DNA of 64,000 nt from Trinickia sp. (GTDB taxonomy: Bacteria > Pseudomonadota > Gammaproteobacteria > Burkholderiales > Burkholderiaceae): positions 5,874 to 69,873 of the forward strand of contig NZ_JBQCHR010000082.1 in the NCBI RefSeq assembly GCF_051954495.1, read 5' to 3'. Below are positions 37,851-47,120 of the stretch, piece by piece (the stretch's first letter is position 1; every line of letters begins with the position of its first letter). Made by a program: the position numbers and the translations under genes. Under the pieces are notes generated by a model. The model did no database searches. It saw nothing but the letters and a program-made list of their open reading frames with translations, and was not told the DNA's origin.

Positions 37851-38699
37851 ATGGAAGCGAAGCCCTTGATTTCCCGTCATATCGGCCCCGACTTAAACCA
37901 GATCCATCTCGCGCTTGTCGATTGCGCCAGGCAGTTTCGGTACGCGGCGCGCAACGTTCCGGGCACAGACTCGGCCGCGACGGAAACTCTGCATCGTCAA
38001 TCGCCCCTCCCGCACCCGCCGCTGCCGCGCTTTCTCGGCTCGGTCGGACACTTGGCCGACTCCCTGCTCGAAACGGCCGAGACGTATGCGGGACATGCGA
38101 TTCCTCCCCTACAGGATCATTGGAAGCTTCCCGTCGATGTCGACATCGACGCCGAATCGCTCACTCATTGCCCTGCCGACACGAAACGTATTCGAAGTTA
38201 TTCCGCTGTCTATTACGCCGCCGCCAAGCGATTCATGCTTCGTGCCGGCGCGGCGGACGTCCTCATCTTCGAACATCGCATCAACGAAAGCTTCATCGCG
38301 TTTTGTGAGACTTCTCGCGCCTTGTCATCGGCCGAGCCAGTCATTGTTGCACCGCAACTGTGTGCTGTGTCCGACGTTTGCCAGATGTTCGCGCGGCTTG
38401 GCCTGTCGCTGATCGACAAACATCCGATCCGCAGCGCGCGGTTCGTCGAACTTCCCGATGTCGTGGCGCCGTGGTGGCTAATAGCGGAGCCGAATGCTTA
38501 TGTGTTCTTGCTGCTCGGGCTCCTCGGCTGCGCGAAACGCCTCTGCCCCGACGCGCTGCCGGCCGAACCCGACAAAGCCTTGAGTCTCGCAGCCGACATT
38601 TTAGGCACGCGTGAGTCGAAATTTCGTGAGCTTCTGCGTGAGCGCGCACCGGAGGCTGCGCTCACGCAAGAATTTGCATCGATCGTCAAATTCCTTTGA
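37851..38699 (+). CDS. Hypothetical protein
   Basis: 282-aa ORF overlapping the next ORF (GTG/TGA); no motif recognised. Confidence 0.6.
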   Translation: MEAKPLISRHIGPDLNQIHLALVDCARQFRYAARNVPGTDSAATETLHRQSPLPHPPLPRFLGSVGHLADSLLETAETYAGHAIPPLQDHWKLPVDVDIDAESLTHCPADTKRIRSYSAVYYAAAKRFMLRAGAADVLIFEHRINESFIAFCETSRALSSAEPVIVAPQLCAVSDVCQMFARLGLSLIDKHPIRSARFVELPDVVAPWWLIAEPNAYVFLLLGLLGCAKRLCPDALPAEPDKALSLAADILGTRESKFRELLRERAPEAALTQEFASIVKFL

Positions 38700-39316
38700 G
38701 GGTGTTCGGCATGAGCAAGCGCTGCGCAACGATTGAGGGCCGCGGACGAAACCTATGGCAAGCCGCAACCAGACTCTCGTCATTCAATGAGTTGCTTGGC
38801 GAACACTGCAGAGCGCTAACGTCGGAATTCGGCATTCCAGTCGAGATCAAAGACCGCGCGCTCACGGCCGCGTTCTTTGCCTGGGCTCGAATCGTCGAAA
38901 ACCACGAGGCAGATCCTCATCGGAAAAGCCCGGATTATTTTCAATTTCTGATCGGGTCTCTCCTCGCACAACTGCTCGCGACCCATACGATCGACACGGT
39001 GCCGCGTACCGAGGGACATCGGTCTGGAGAAGATGACAACGCGATCGCCAACTGGTGGCCAACCGGGTTCGCCACGACAACGTACTGCGTTGAACTCGTG
39101 CGCAAAGTCATCGCTCAAGAATGCGGCCAGATCGTCACGACATCGGAGAAATTTGGCGATATCAAGATCTGGCAATCGTTCCGCGAAAATCTGCTCGAAG
39201 AACCATCGATCGCCATCGCGTACTTCGATGACTTCATGGGGCTGGAACCGAACTGGCGCAATCCGTCTTTTTTTCGCGAACGTACCGCCAACCTATCCAG
39301 AACACTCATCCGCTAA
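38696..39316 (+). CDS. Hypothetical protein
   Basis: ~200-aa ORF ending in WQSFRENLLEEPSIAIAYFDDFMGLEPNW, which looks like a conserved block; no family recognised. Confidence 0.6.
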   Translation: MRVFGMSKRCATIEGRGRNLWQAATRLSSFNELLGEHCRALTSEFGIPVEIKDRALTAAFFAWARIVENHEADPHRKSPDYFQFLIGSLLAQLLATHTIDTVPRTEGHRSGEDDNAIANWWPTGFATTTYCVELVRKVIAQECGQIVTTSEKFGDIKIWQSFRENLLEEPSIAIAYFDDFMGLEPNWRNPSFFRERTANLSRTLIR

Positions 39317-39402
39317 AGCGGCGTGAAGTGCGCCGTAGCGCGGTATCGGCATCGTTTGCACCTGGACCGGCGCGGAAATGCACACTACGGCCACGACCGG
39401 AG

Positions 39403-40941
39403 CTAAACCGATAGATTGAACGTGGAAACGGCCGCGTGCAGAGTATCCGCCTGCCTTTCGAGCGAATGCGTGACGACGGCCGTTTGTTCGACCATCGCCG
39501 CATTCCGCTGTGTTGCTTCATCCATCAACGCAACGGCACGACTCACTTCGGCGATACTCTGGCTTTGGTCGCCGCAAGCCGACGCAATCGCGGTGACTAA
39601 GACAGCGACCCGCTCGATCGCTTGCATCGCACCGTCCACAGAGCGGTTAACTTCCGTCGCTTGTCCCGCACTGTCACGAATGACCTGTACAGACGAATCG
39701 ATCAGACCGCTGATTTCTTTGGCGGCGGCCGCGCACCGCTGCGCCAGGGCTCTCACTTCGCCCGCCACGACAGCGAAGCCACGCCCTTGCTCGCCCGCTC
39801 GCGCCGCCTCCACTGCGGCATTGAGTGCCAGGATATTCGTCTGGAACGCAATGGCTTCGATGATGTCAGTGATCTCGGAGATCTTGCCTGCCCGCTCGCC
39901 CACGCGTTCGATGGTGCCGACCAGCCTCTGCGTCGCCTCATCGCCTGCGCGGGCAAGGCCCGACGCCTCGTTGGCCAAGCGGTTGGCCTGGAGCGCGTCA
40001 TCGGCATTGCGCTTCACAGTATCCGACAGTTGCGCCATGGCAGCCGCGGTTCGTTCGAGCGATGCCGCTTGCTGCTGCGTTCGTGCCGTTAGATCCGTCT
40101 GGCCCGAGACAATTTCGGCCGTCGCCGTCCGCATATCTTGCGCCGCTTGCTGTATCAAGCCGATCTCGCGTTCGATTCGCGTCAGCAATACGTTGAACGC
40201 CCCAGCCGTTCGCCCGATCTCGTCCGCTCGCTCGTCCGACGCTCGCAGGCTTAAGTCGAGCGAACGGCTCACATCATCGAGGGTTGTTTCGATCGCACCA
40301 AGGCCGCCGTTCAACGAACGCATCTGCCGCCACACGCCGGCGCCCAGGAAACCGCCACCGATACCGAGAGTGGCGATCATCACGATCAGCAGAAGGTGCG
40401 CCGCGTTCGCACCGGTGTCGCGGGCCTGACGAGACTCGGCTGTGAGGCGTTGAATAAGTTCACCAATGTCTTGTCCTTCTGACATCCCCGGTGGCCGAAG
40501 CCGCTGCTGTACGGTCATGAGCGCTGCCGCGCCATCGCCATTTCTTACCTGATCAATGGCTGCCGTCATGGCGCTCATCGCCGCCGATCGGTCCTGGGTG
40601 AACCGATCGGCCGCCGCCATCGCATCCTCGTGTTTCTCAGCGCCACTGAATAGTTGCGCTTGCTCATCGGAGGCGTGTTGCATGAGCACGGCGAAGTCGG
40701 CGCTTTTCTGACGTGCAACCGGATCAACGTTCGATATGGCTTCCATCAGCGCGAGCGCAGCCAACAGCTGGAAGCGATACGTCTCCTCCAAATACTGGAT
40801 GGAAAGCGTGATCGTTCGATAGTTATCCTCAGCGCGCCGCTCGGATGCCGACACGCCCCATATACCCATCGCCGCGGCGATCGCACACAGCAATCCCAAG
40901 CCAGCGAAAAGCAGGGCAATCCGAGTTCTCAAGTCTTTCAT
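39403..40941 (-). CDS. Methyl-accepting chemotaxis protein
   Basis: Two TM segments, HAMP (DEIGRTAGAFN) and IAFQTNILALNAAVEAARAGEQGRGFAVVA signalling hairpin. Confidence 0.95.
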   Translation of the reverse strand: MKDLRTRIALLFAGLGLLCAIAAAMGIWGVSASERRAEDNYRTITLSIQYLEETYRFQLLAALALMEAISNVDPVARQKSADFAVLMQHASDEQAQLFSGAEKHEDAMAAADRFTQDRSAAMSAMTAAIDQVRNGDGAAALMTVQQRLRPPGMSEGQDIGELIQRLTAESRQARDTGANAAHLLLIVMIATLGIGGGFLGAGVWRQMRSLNGGLGAIETTLDDVSRSLDLSLRASDERADEIGRTAGAFNVLLTRIEREIGLIQQAAQDMRTATAEIVSGQTDLTARTQQQAASLERTAAAMAQLSDTVKRNADDALQANRLANEASGLARAGDEATQRLVGTIERVGERAGKISEITDIIEAIAFQTNILALNAAVEAARAGEQGRGFAVVAGEVRALAQRCAAAAKEISGLIDSSVQVIRDSAGQATEVNRSVDGAMQAIERVAVLVTAIASACGDQSQSIAEVSRAVALMDEATQRNAAMVEQTAVVTHSLERQADTLHAAVSTFNLSV

Positions 40942-41002
40942 CCCTTTCCCCGTTCAGGCGTGCTGTCTTCTCCGACAGCACGCGCAGCGCGCTGCCGAAG
41001 CA

Positions 41003-42262
41003 TCATGCTGCTTGCCGAGGTTCTTCGGCCGACAACGAGAGAGCGCCCTTACGTCTAGGTGCGGTTTCGACAAGCGCAAGCACGACGACTACCCCCAGCG
41101 CGAGGCCGCCCAGCGCAAAGTCGAAGACGTGAGGCAGCCCGAAATTCTGAGCGACGTAGCCGGCGATAACGGGCGCCACACCTCCGCCAAAGATCTCGCC
41201 GATCCCCGAAATCAAACCGATCGTCGAAGCGACGAGTCCTGCGGGAGCCGCTTCCGTCGCAATGGGGCCGCACAACAAACTCAGCAAGCCGATCGAACAC
41301 ATCGAGATGCCGAACAGGAGTGCGAAGAGCTTCACGGGATCCGCGCCCGTCCTGGCGAACACGAACAGTAGAACCGCAGCAACAGCGAACGCACCGATCG
41401 CCGCGACCTTGCGCCCCACGTAGTCGGAGATCCCAGACAAGCTGAACGAGCCGATGAAGCCGCCGAAACCCAGCGCTGAAGCAACGAAGCCCATGCTTTG
41501 CGCGTTCAAATGCAGCACGGCGATGAGGTACGTCGGCACCATCGCGCCGATGACAAAAATTCCGGACATTGCGCAAAGCATCGCTGCGATTGCCACAATG
41601 ACATTCCGATTGGCAAAAATCGAACGCCACTGGACTTTGGGACGATTGATCGAGTTCGCGCGCACCGTCGCCGTCCGCGGGCGATCGCGAAGGATCTTGG
41701 CATACAGCGCCGCCACGATCAGGCCCGGCACAGCGGAAACCATGAAAACCCAATGCCACGAGGGCATGACACGCAGCAACTGGGTGGCGAGAATTGGGGC
41801 GACGCCAAGCCCGAGCAACGAAAACATGCTCATTTGGAAGCCGAGGTTGAAACCACGCCTAGAAGCGAGCGACGCTTCGCTCGTAGCCGCCACGCTAGCC
41901 GGCGTGAAGGCGCCCTCAGCAATCCCCATGATCCCCCGGATCAGCATCAGGCTGGCGAAACCCGTCGCGAGGCCCGAAAAACTCGAGAGCAATGAGAAGG
42001 CGATCATCGTCCACACTAAGATCTTCTTACGGCCGATTCGATCCGAGATCGGCCCGCTCGCGATTGCCCACGCTCCCCATGCAACCGCCAGCACGCCGAT
42101 CAGATTGCCGAGCTGCTGAAAATTCAATCCCAAGTCACGCATCATGTACGGAAACAATGGCGCGACCATCCATCGATCCAATCCGACCAACCCAAAACCA
42201 ACCGCCAACAGCAATACCGTCTTGAACTCGTAAGCACTATCGTGCCTTCCCGGCGTATCCAT
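41003..42262 (-). CDS. MFS transporter
   Basis: GPISDRIGRKK motif A and a 12-TM pattern. Confidence 0.9.
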   Translation of the reverse strand: MDTPGRHDSAYEFKTVLLLAVGFGLVGLDRWMVAPLFPYMMRDLGLNFQQLGNLIGVLAVAWGAWAIASGPISDRIGRKKILVWTMIAFSLLSSFSGLATGFASLMLIRGIMGIAEGAFTPASVAATSEASLASRRGFNLGFQMSMFSLLGLGVAPILATQLLRVMPSWHWVFMVSAVPGLIVAALYAKILRDRPRTATVRANSINRPKVQWRSIFANRNVIVAIAAMLCAMSGIFVIGAMVPTYLIAVLHLNAQSMGFVASALGFGGFIGSFSLSGISDYVGRKVAAIGAFAVAAVLLFVFARTGADPVKLFALLFGISMCSIGLLSLLCGPIATEAAPAGLVASTIGLISGIGEIFGGGVAPVIAGYVAQNFGLPHVFDFALGGLALGVVVVLALVETAPRRKGALSLSAEEPRQAA

Positions 42263-42470
42263 GTTCTCGTCTCCTCCAGTGATGCATTCGAAAGGGTTTC
42301 CTTCAGCTCGGCCCAGCGATGCTTCCTCCAATTTATTTATTTAGTAGTACTAAGTACATTTGTCGAATTCAGATGAAGTATTCACTCCCGCTCTGCAGGC
42401 AGTCGCACCGCGACCAAAGTTCGTGAACGAAACACTATCGTCCCGGGCTCGATAGCGTTCTTAGGGCGAG

Positions 42471-43100
42471 CTACACGATCGTGCAAGCTTCGTCAAATTC
42501 CAGCCGCGGACTGCGTGGAAAGAGCCCAGCCGGATCGCCATAGCCGAGGCAGCAGAGGAAATTGACGCGCAACGACGTGCCTTCGAAAAACAGCGCATTG
42601 ACGACAGGCGCATCGAACCCCGACAACGGTCCGCAGTCGAGCCCCAGCATCCGCGCCGCGAGAATGAAGTAACCGCCCTGAAGTGAGCTGTTTCGCAAGC
42701 ACGTCTCTTCGGCCAGGGCGGGTCGATCTCGAAAGAGATCCCCCGCATTCGGGCGATGCGGAAATAGCTTGGGCAGTTGCTCGTAAAACGCCGTGTCGTG
42801 TGCGACGATCGCGACAACGGGGGCCGTTCGGACTTTCTCGGCGTTGCCGGGCAGGACCGTCGACAACAGCCGTGTTCGTGCCTCCGTCGAACGCACGAAC
42901 ATCACGCGCATGGGCGAGCAATTCATGCTCGTCGGCCCCCACTTGGCGAGTTCGTAGAGCTCGCGAAGCAATTCGTCGGATACCGGGCGAGAAAGCCACG
43001 CGTTCTGACTCCGCGCATGCGTCAACAATTGCGCTCGAGTACGGCTATCAAGAAGGAGAGACTCCGTCATCGGTGCATACTCCAGTTCAACGTGACTCAC
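42471..43100 (-). CDS. Nitroreductase-family protein (RutE/malonic semialdehyde reductase-like)
   Basis: ARSQNAW, GPTSMNCSP, RNSSLQGGY and GLDCGP motifs. Confidence 0.85.
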   Translation of the reverse strand: MSHVELEYAPMTESLLLDSRTRAQLLTHARSQNAWLSRPVSDELLRELYELAKWGPTSMNCSPMRVMFVRSTEARTRLLSTVLPGNAEKVRTAPVVAIVAHDTAFYEQLPKLFPHRPNAGDLFRDRPALAEETCLRNSSLQGGYFILAARMLGLDCGPLSGFDAPVVNALFFEGTSLRVNFLCCLGYGDPAGLFPRSPRLEFDEACTIV

Positions 43101-43654
43101 AACGCCGCCCCACCCTGCCGACCGCTTGCGCCCACCATGAAAAACGCCACGACCGCGGGCGCATCACTCTTGTTGCGCCATGCGTGCCGCGTGCCCTGCT
43201 GCACGACGACATCCGTCGGACGTAGCAATGTCTCGTTTCCATCATCGACCTCCAACCAAATCTCTCCCGACAGAACAATCCCGTAATCGACCGTATCGGT
43301 CCTATGCATGCCCGGGCACTGTGGTTCGAACGTGCGAGCGAGGTCGGGCATTCGCGCCAGGCACTCCTCGCCAGCAGCGACCGGATCGAAGCCCGGCGCA
43401 CTCATCGTGCTGTCTGGCGGAAAGGTGACGATCAAAAGGCTCGTGCCGCCCGCCGGAGGCAGTAAATCGATGTGTTCGTCGGTAGGATCCGTATTGCCGG
43501 AAGGCACGACAGGCGTAGCCGATGTCGTCCAAACCTGTGCGAATGCATGACCGGGGATCGATTCGAAGTTAACAGTGCGAGGCGTTGCACCGTCGGATAC
43601 CACCACGGAGCGGCCGTGGGAGTCGTGACCGGTTACCACTCGTCGGATAGCCAT
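43097..43654 (-). CDS. Cupin-domain protein
   Basis: RRVVTGHD start; MHRTDTVDYGIVLSGE and VVQQGTRHAWRN motifs. Confidence 0.85.
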   Translation of the reverse strand: MAIRRVVTGHDSHGRSVVVSDGATPRTVNFESIPGHAFAQVWTTSATPVVPSGNTDPTDEHIDLLPPAGGTSLLIVTFPPDSTMSAPGFDPVAAGEECLARMPDLARTFEPQCPGMHRTDTVDYGIVLSGEIWLEVDDGNETLLRPTDVVVQQGTRHAWRNKSDAPAVVAFFMVGASGRQGGAAL

Positions 43655-43735
43655 GAGTACTCTCGATGCAAGGGATAAAGAAACGCAATGCGCCCGGCCG
43701 GATCGTCATGTGCCGGCCAGGCGCCTATGCCATGC

Positions 43736-44848
43736 TCAAGGGCAAATCACGTAATTGCTGAAACCGCCGTTGCGGTTCTCGATCCCGCCGAGTGCGGTGT
43801 TGATGTCCTCGAGTTTGAACGTGCAATGCTCGAACACCGACAGATCGACAACGCCAGACTCGACCATATCGGCCATTTCCTGCCCCTGCCCCGCCGTGAA
43901 CCACGCAGACCCGCTGAAGCGCTGATCATTGTCCATCATGTAGTGCAGATTCATGGGCACTTCGCCGGCCACGGCCCCGATATTGACGAGATGGCCGCCG
44001 CGCCGCAGCGTCCTCAAGGTCTCGCGCAGCGTCTCTTGAGGCGCGCCCGGTCCCAGTGCGTCGATGACCGCGTCGACACCCGCGCCTTGCGTCACGCGCG
44101 TGGCCCATTCGCTGACCGAACCGTCATCGAGCGACATCACTTCGATGCGATCGGGCGCGATAGCCTTGACGCGCTGCAGGAGTTCCCGGTTCCGTGCCGT
44201 ACCGAGAATCTTCTTCGCGCCCATCGCGAGGCCGAAGAGCGCAACGCCAATACCCAGCGTCCCGCTGATGCCACTCACCAGTATCGTGCTGCTGGGGCCG
44301 ACCTCTGCCTTCTTCAGCGCTCGATAAGCCGTACCCAAATAGCCGAACCGCGCGGCTGTTTCGTGACTGAGATTGTCCGGAATGTTCACGAGGCTGTATT
44401 GTGGCGCCGTCATGTACTCACACAACCCGCCGTACGGGTAGTCGTCGAACATCGCCTGCGAACGTTGGCTGAAGCCGAAGTAGCCGTTGAACGGGTAGTA
44501 AGGGCACGCCGTCGTATCGCCGGAGCGGCAAGCGCGACAGCCGCCGCAGTAGCGCGCGGGATTCACGTACACGCGATCGCCCGGCTTGAATGCATGAACC
44601 TGGCTGCCTACCTCTTCGATCACGCCCGTGGCATCTAGGCCGAAGATCGCCGGCAGTTTCGGCAACGGAAGATGAGGGAACCATTTCTCCCAATTGCTCA
44701 GGACGTTGCCGAGATTCGGCACGATGCCGCATGCCTTCACTTTCACGAGCACGTCGGTCGGGCGCGGCGACGGAACCGGGATGCCCTCCACCACCATCGG
44801 CTCGCCCACGTTGTGCATGCGTGCCGCCCGCATCATCTTCGTCGTCAT
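43736..44848 (-). CDS. MDR/Zn-binding dehydrogenase-family oxidoreductase (ene-reductase candidate)
   Basis: GroES fold, structural Zn motif CGGCRAC...C and GISGTLG; catalytic Zn ligands not seen. Confidence 0.85.
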   Translation of the reverse strand: MTTKMMRAARMHNVGEPMVVEGIPVPSPRPTDVLVKVKACGIVPNLGNVLSNWEKWFPHLPLPKLPAIFGLDATGVIEEVGSQVHAFKPGDRVYVNPARYCGGCRACRSGDTTACPYYPFNGYFGFSQRSQAMFDDYPYGGLCEYMTAPQYSLVNIPDNLSHETAARFGYLGTAYRALKKAEVGPSSTILVSGISGTLGIGVALFGLAMGAKKILGTARNRELLQRVKAIAPDRIEVMSLDDGSVSEWATRVTQGAGVDAVIDALGPGAPQETLRETLRTLRRGGHLVNIGAVAGEVPMNLHYMMDNDQRFSGSAWFTAGQGQEMADMVESGVVDLSVFEHCTFKLEDINTALGGIENRNGGFSNYVICP

Positions 44849-44923
44849 TGTGTGTCTCCTGTCTATCGATACGTGCACGATATTTATTTTTGTGCACAAA
44901 GCAAATCCGCGTTTACCTGAACG

Positions 44924-45505
44924 TCAGCGCAGCCCGTCCAGCCCTTTGATTTCCGATACCTGCAATCCGCCGAGTCGCGCATGAACGCGTCCGCCCGTTG
45001 CCATGGCCAGCGCAAAGGCGATTTCGTTGCGGCGCGGAGCGTCCCATACCGTGACCTCGCATGTTCCGAAGTGGCTCCGGACGTAGGACGCTTGAATGTG
45101 GCCGAGCGGGACCATCAGACGCGTTCCCACGCCGCCGATCGTCTTGGCGGACGGCACGATCGCTTTCGGCCCGCCCAGGGTTTCCCGCATGGCCCATCCG
45201 CCTGCCTCATGCCAGACGGCACCGTGTTCGAGTTCCCCGTCTTCGCCGACGATCGCGCCCTTTCCATATGCCTGTACCTTCGGCGTGCCGCCGAGCTGCG
45301 CCACGAGGCGAGCCGACAGATCCGCGCCGAGCTGACGTAATTCGCTCATGAACGGCAGCAGGTCGGGCTCGTATCGCCCCGCATAAGGATTCGCGACGAT
45401 CGCCGTCGCCACGGCAATCACCAACGGCTCGCCGAGCCGCTCTCCGCCTTCGTGCCAGACCTCTTCGACATCCAGCTTGATCTTTCTTACATTGACTAGC
45501 GACAT
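44924..45505 (-). CDS. Amino acid synthesis (AA_synth) family protein
   Basis: ANPYAGRY, YGKGAIVGEDGELEHGA and DAPRRNEI motifs. Confidence 0.8.
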   Translation of the reverse strand: MSLVNVRKIKLDVEEVWHEGGERLGEPLVIAVATAIVANPYAGRYEPDLLPFMSELRQLGADLSARLVAQLGGTPKVQAYGKGAIVGEDGELEHGAVWHEAGGWAMRETLGGPKAIVPSAKTIGGVGTRLMVPLGHIQASYVRSHFGTCEVTVWDAPRRNEIAFALAMATGGRVHARLGGLQVSEIKGLDGLR

Positions 45506-45634
45506 CCGCTGCTCCGAGGAAATGGTTCGCATCGACTACTGACCTGGCGTCATCTCACACGCCGGCGCTTGCATTATATCCAACGCGGTGTAATATGCAC
45601 AAACATATCTTTTATGCCCATCAGGAGCAAGCAC

Positions 45635-46489
45635 ATGAAACTGGTCTCATACAGACACCAAGGCCAAGCGGGATTCGGCGCAGTCAAGGGTGAAGGCATT
45701 GTCGATCTCGCGACCCGGCTGCCGGCCGTCGCCGATCTCGCGGCGCTCGTATCGAACACGGCTGCACTCGAAGAGGCGCGGCGGCTCATCGACGTGGCCG
45801 AGGCCAACGACTTCGCGCTTGCCGCGGTGGACCTCGAACCAGTCATTCCTCGCCCGAACAAGATCATTTGTGTCGGGATCAACTATGTCGCGCACGCCGC
45901 GGAAGCCGGACGCACGGTGGGACAGTACCCTGTCATCTTCCATCGATTCGCGCAAACGCTCGTGGCGCACGGCGCGCCGATCATCCGCCCGCGTGTCTCG
46001 GAGCATTTCGATTTCGAAGCCGAACTCGCAGTCGTGATCGGCAAGGGTGGGTCGCACATCAAAGCGGAAGCCGCGATGAATCACGTCGCCGGCTATACCT
46101 GCTTCAACGATGCGAGCGTGCGCGATTGGCAGTTTCATACGCATCAGTACGGGATGGGCAAAAACTTCCGCGGCACGGGCTCGCTCGGTCCGTGGCTCGT
46201 GACGGCCGACGAAATCCGTGACTATCGCGAGTTATCGATTCAGGGGCTGCTTAACGGCGAACCCATGCAGACGGGCAGGCTCTCCGAACTCGCGTTCGAC
46301 ATCCCGGCCCTGATCGCATACGTCTCACAGGCCCTCGATTGGGAACCAGGCGACATCTTGGCAACGGGCACGCCGAGCGGAATCGGTTTTAAACGTCAGC
46401 CGCCGATCTTCCTGAAGCCCGGCGACACATTCGACGTTGTCATCCCGAGCATCGGAACGCTGTCGAATTCCGTCGTAGACGAGGCGTAA
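45635..46489 (+). CDS. Fumarylacetoacetate hydrolase family protein
   Basis: KIICVGINY, DFEAEL, FNDASVRDWQ, GKNF and GDILATGTPSG motifs. Confidence 0.92.
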   Translation: MKLVSYRHQGQAGFGAVKGEGIVDLATRLPAVADLAALVSNTAALEEARRLIDVAEANDFALAAVDLEPVIPRPNKIICVGINYVAHAAEAGRTVGQYPVIFHRFAQTLVAHGAPIIRPRVSEHFDFEAELAVVIGKGGSHIKAEAAMNHVAGYTCFNDASVRDWQFHTHQYGMGKNFRGTGSLGPWLVTADEIRDYRELSIQGLLNGEPMQTGRLSELAFDIPALIAYVSQALDWEPGDILATGTPSGIGFKRQPPIFLKPGDTFDVVIPSIGTLSNSVVDEA

Positions 46490-46537
46490 ACACCAAAACG
46501 TCTGACGAAAACGCAAACGAGACATCCGGAGACATCC

Positions 46538-47101
46538 ATGGCAGCCTTGCCGAAAATTCAGTTCACGCACTGCGGGATTTTTTGCAGCGACCTCGAAATG
46601 ATGGTCAACTACTATCGAAAATTCCTGGGCTTCGTCGTCAGTGATAGGGGTGTCGCCTCGACAGGGCATCATTTGTACTTCATGACGCAGGATCCCGAGA
46701 TTCACCATCAACTCGTCCTGTTCGATGGAAAGCCGACGGATTTGCCGTTCAACCCCGTCAACCAACTGTCGCTGCTGCTCGACTCCATCGCCGATTTGCA
46801 GTCGTACTATCGGCGAGCCGTGAAAGCCGGAGTTAAAGGCATCGAGCAAGTCGATCATGGCAACGCCTGGTCGATCTATTTCAAGGATCCAGAAGGCAAC
46901 CCTATCGAGTTGTACGTCGACAGCCCGTTCTTCACCGCTCAGCCGTGCCGCGAGCCGCTCAACCTCGACCTTTCGATAGACGAAATTCTGAAGCAGACCG
47001 AAGCCATGTGTCTGCGCCGCCCCGGCTTCTTATCGCGCAAGGCTTGGATTGCCGAGATGCGCGAGCGGATTGCCGCTCAGCGCGTCGCGTTCGACGCTTG
47101 A
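46538..47101 (+). CDS. VOC-family protein (single-domain extradiol dioxygenase-like)
   Basis: THCGI, HHQLVL and HGNAWSIYFKDPEGNPIE motifs supply His/His/Glu metal ligands. Confidence 0.85.
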   Translation: MAALPKIQFTHCGIFCSDLEMMVNYYRKFLGFVVSDRGVASTGHHLYFMTQDPEIHHQLVLFDGKPTDLPFNPVNQLSLLLDSIADLQSYYRRAVKAGVKGIEQVDHGNAWSIYFKDPEGNPIELYVDSPFFTAQPCREPLNLDLSIDEILKQTEAMCLRRPGFLSRKAWIAEMRERIAAQRVAFDA

Positions 47102-47120
47102 CTGCCAACCGGGTCCTCAC

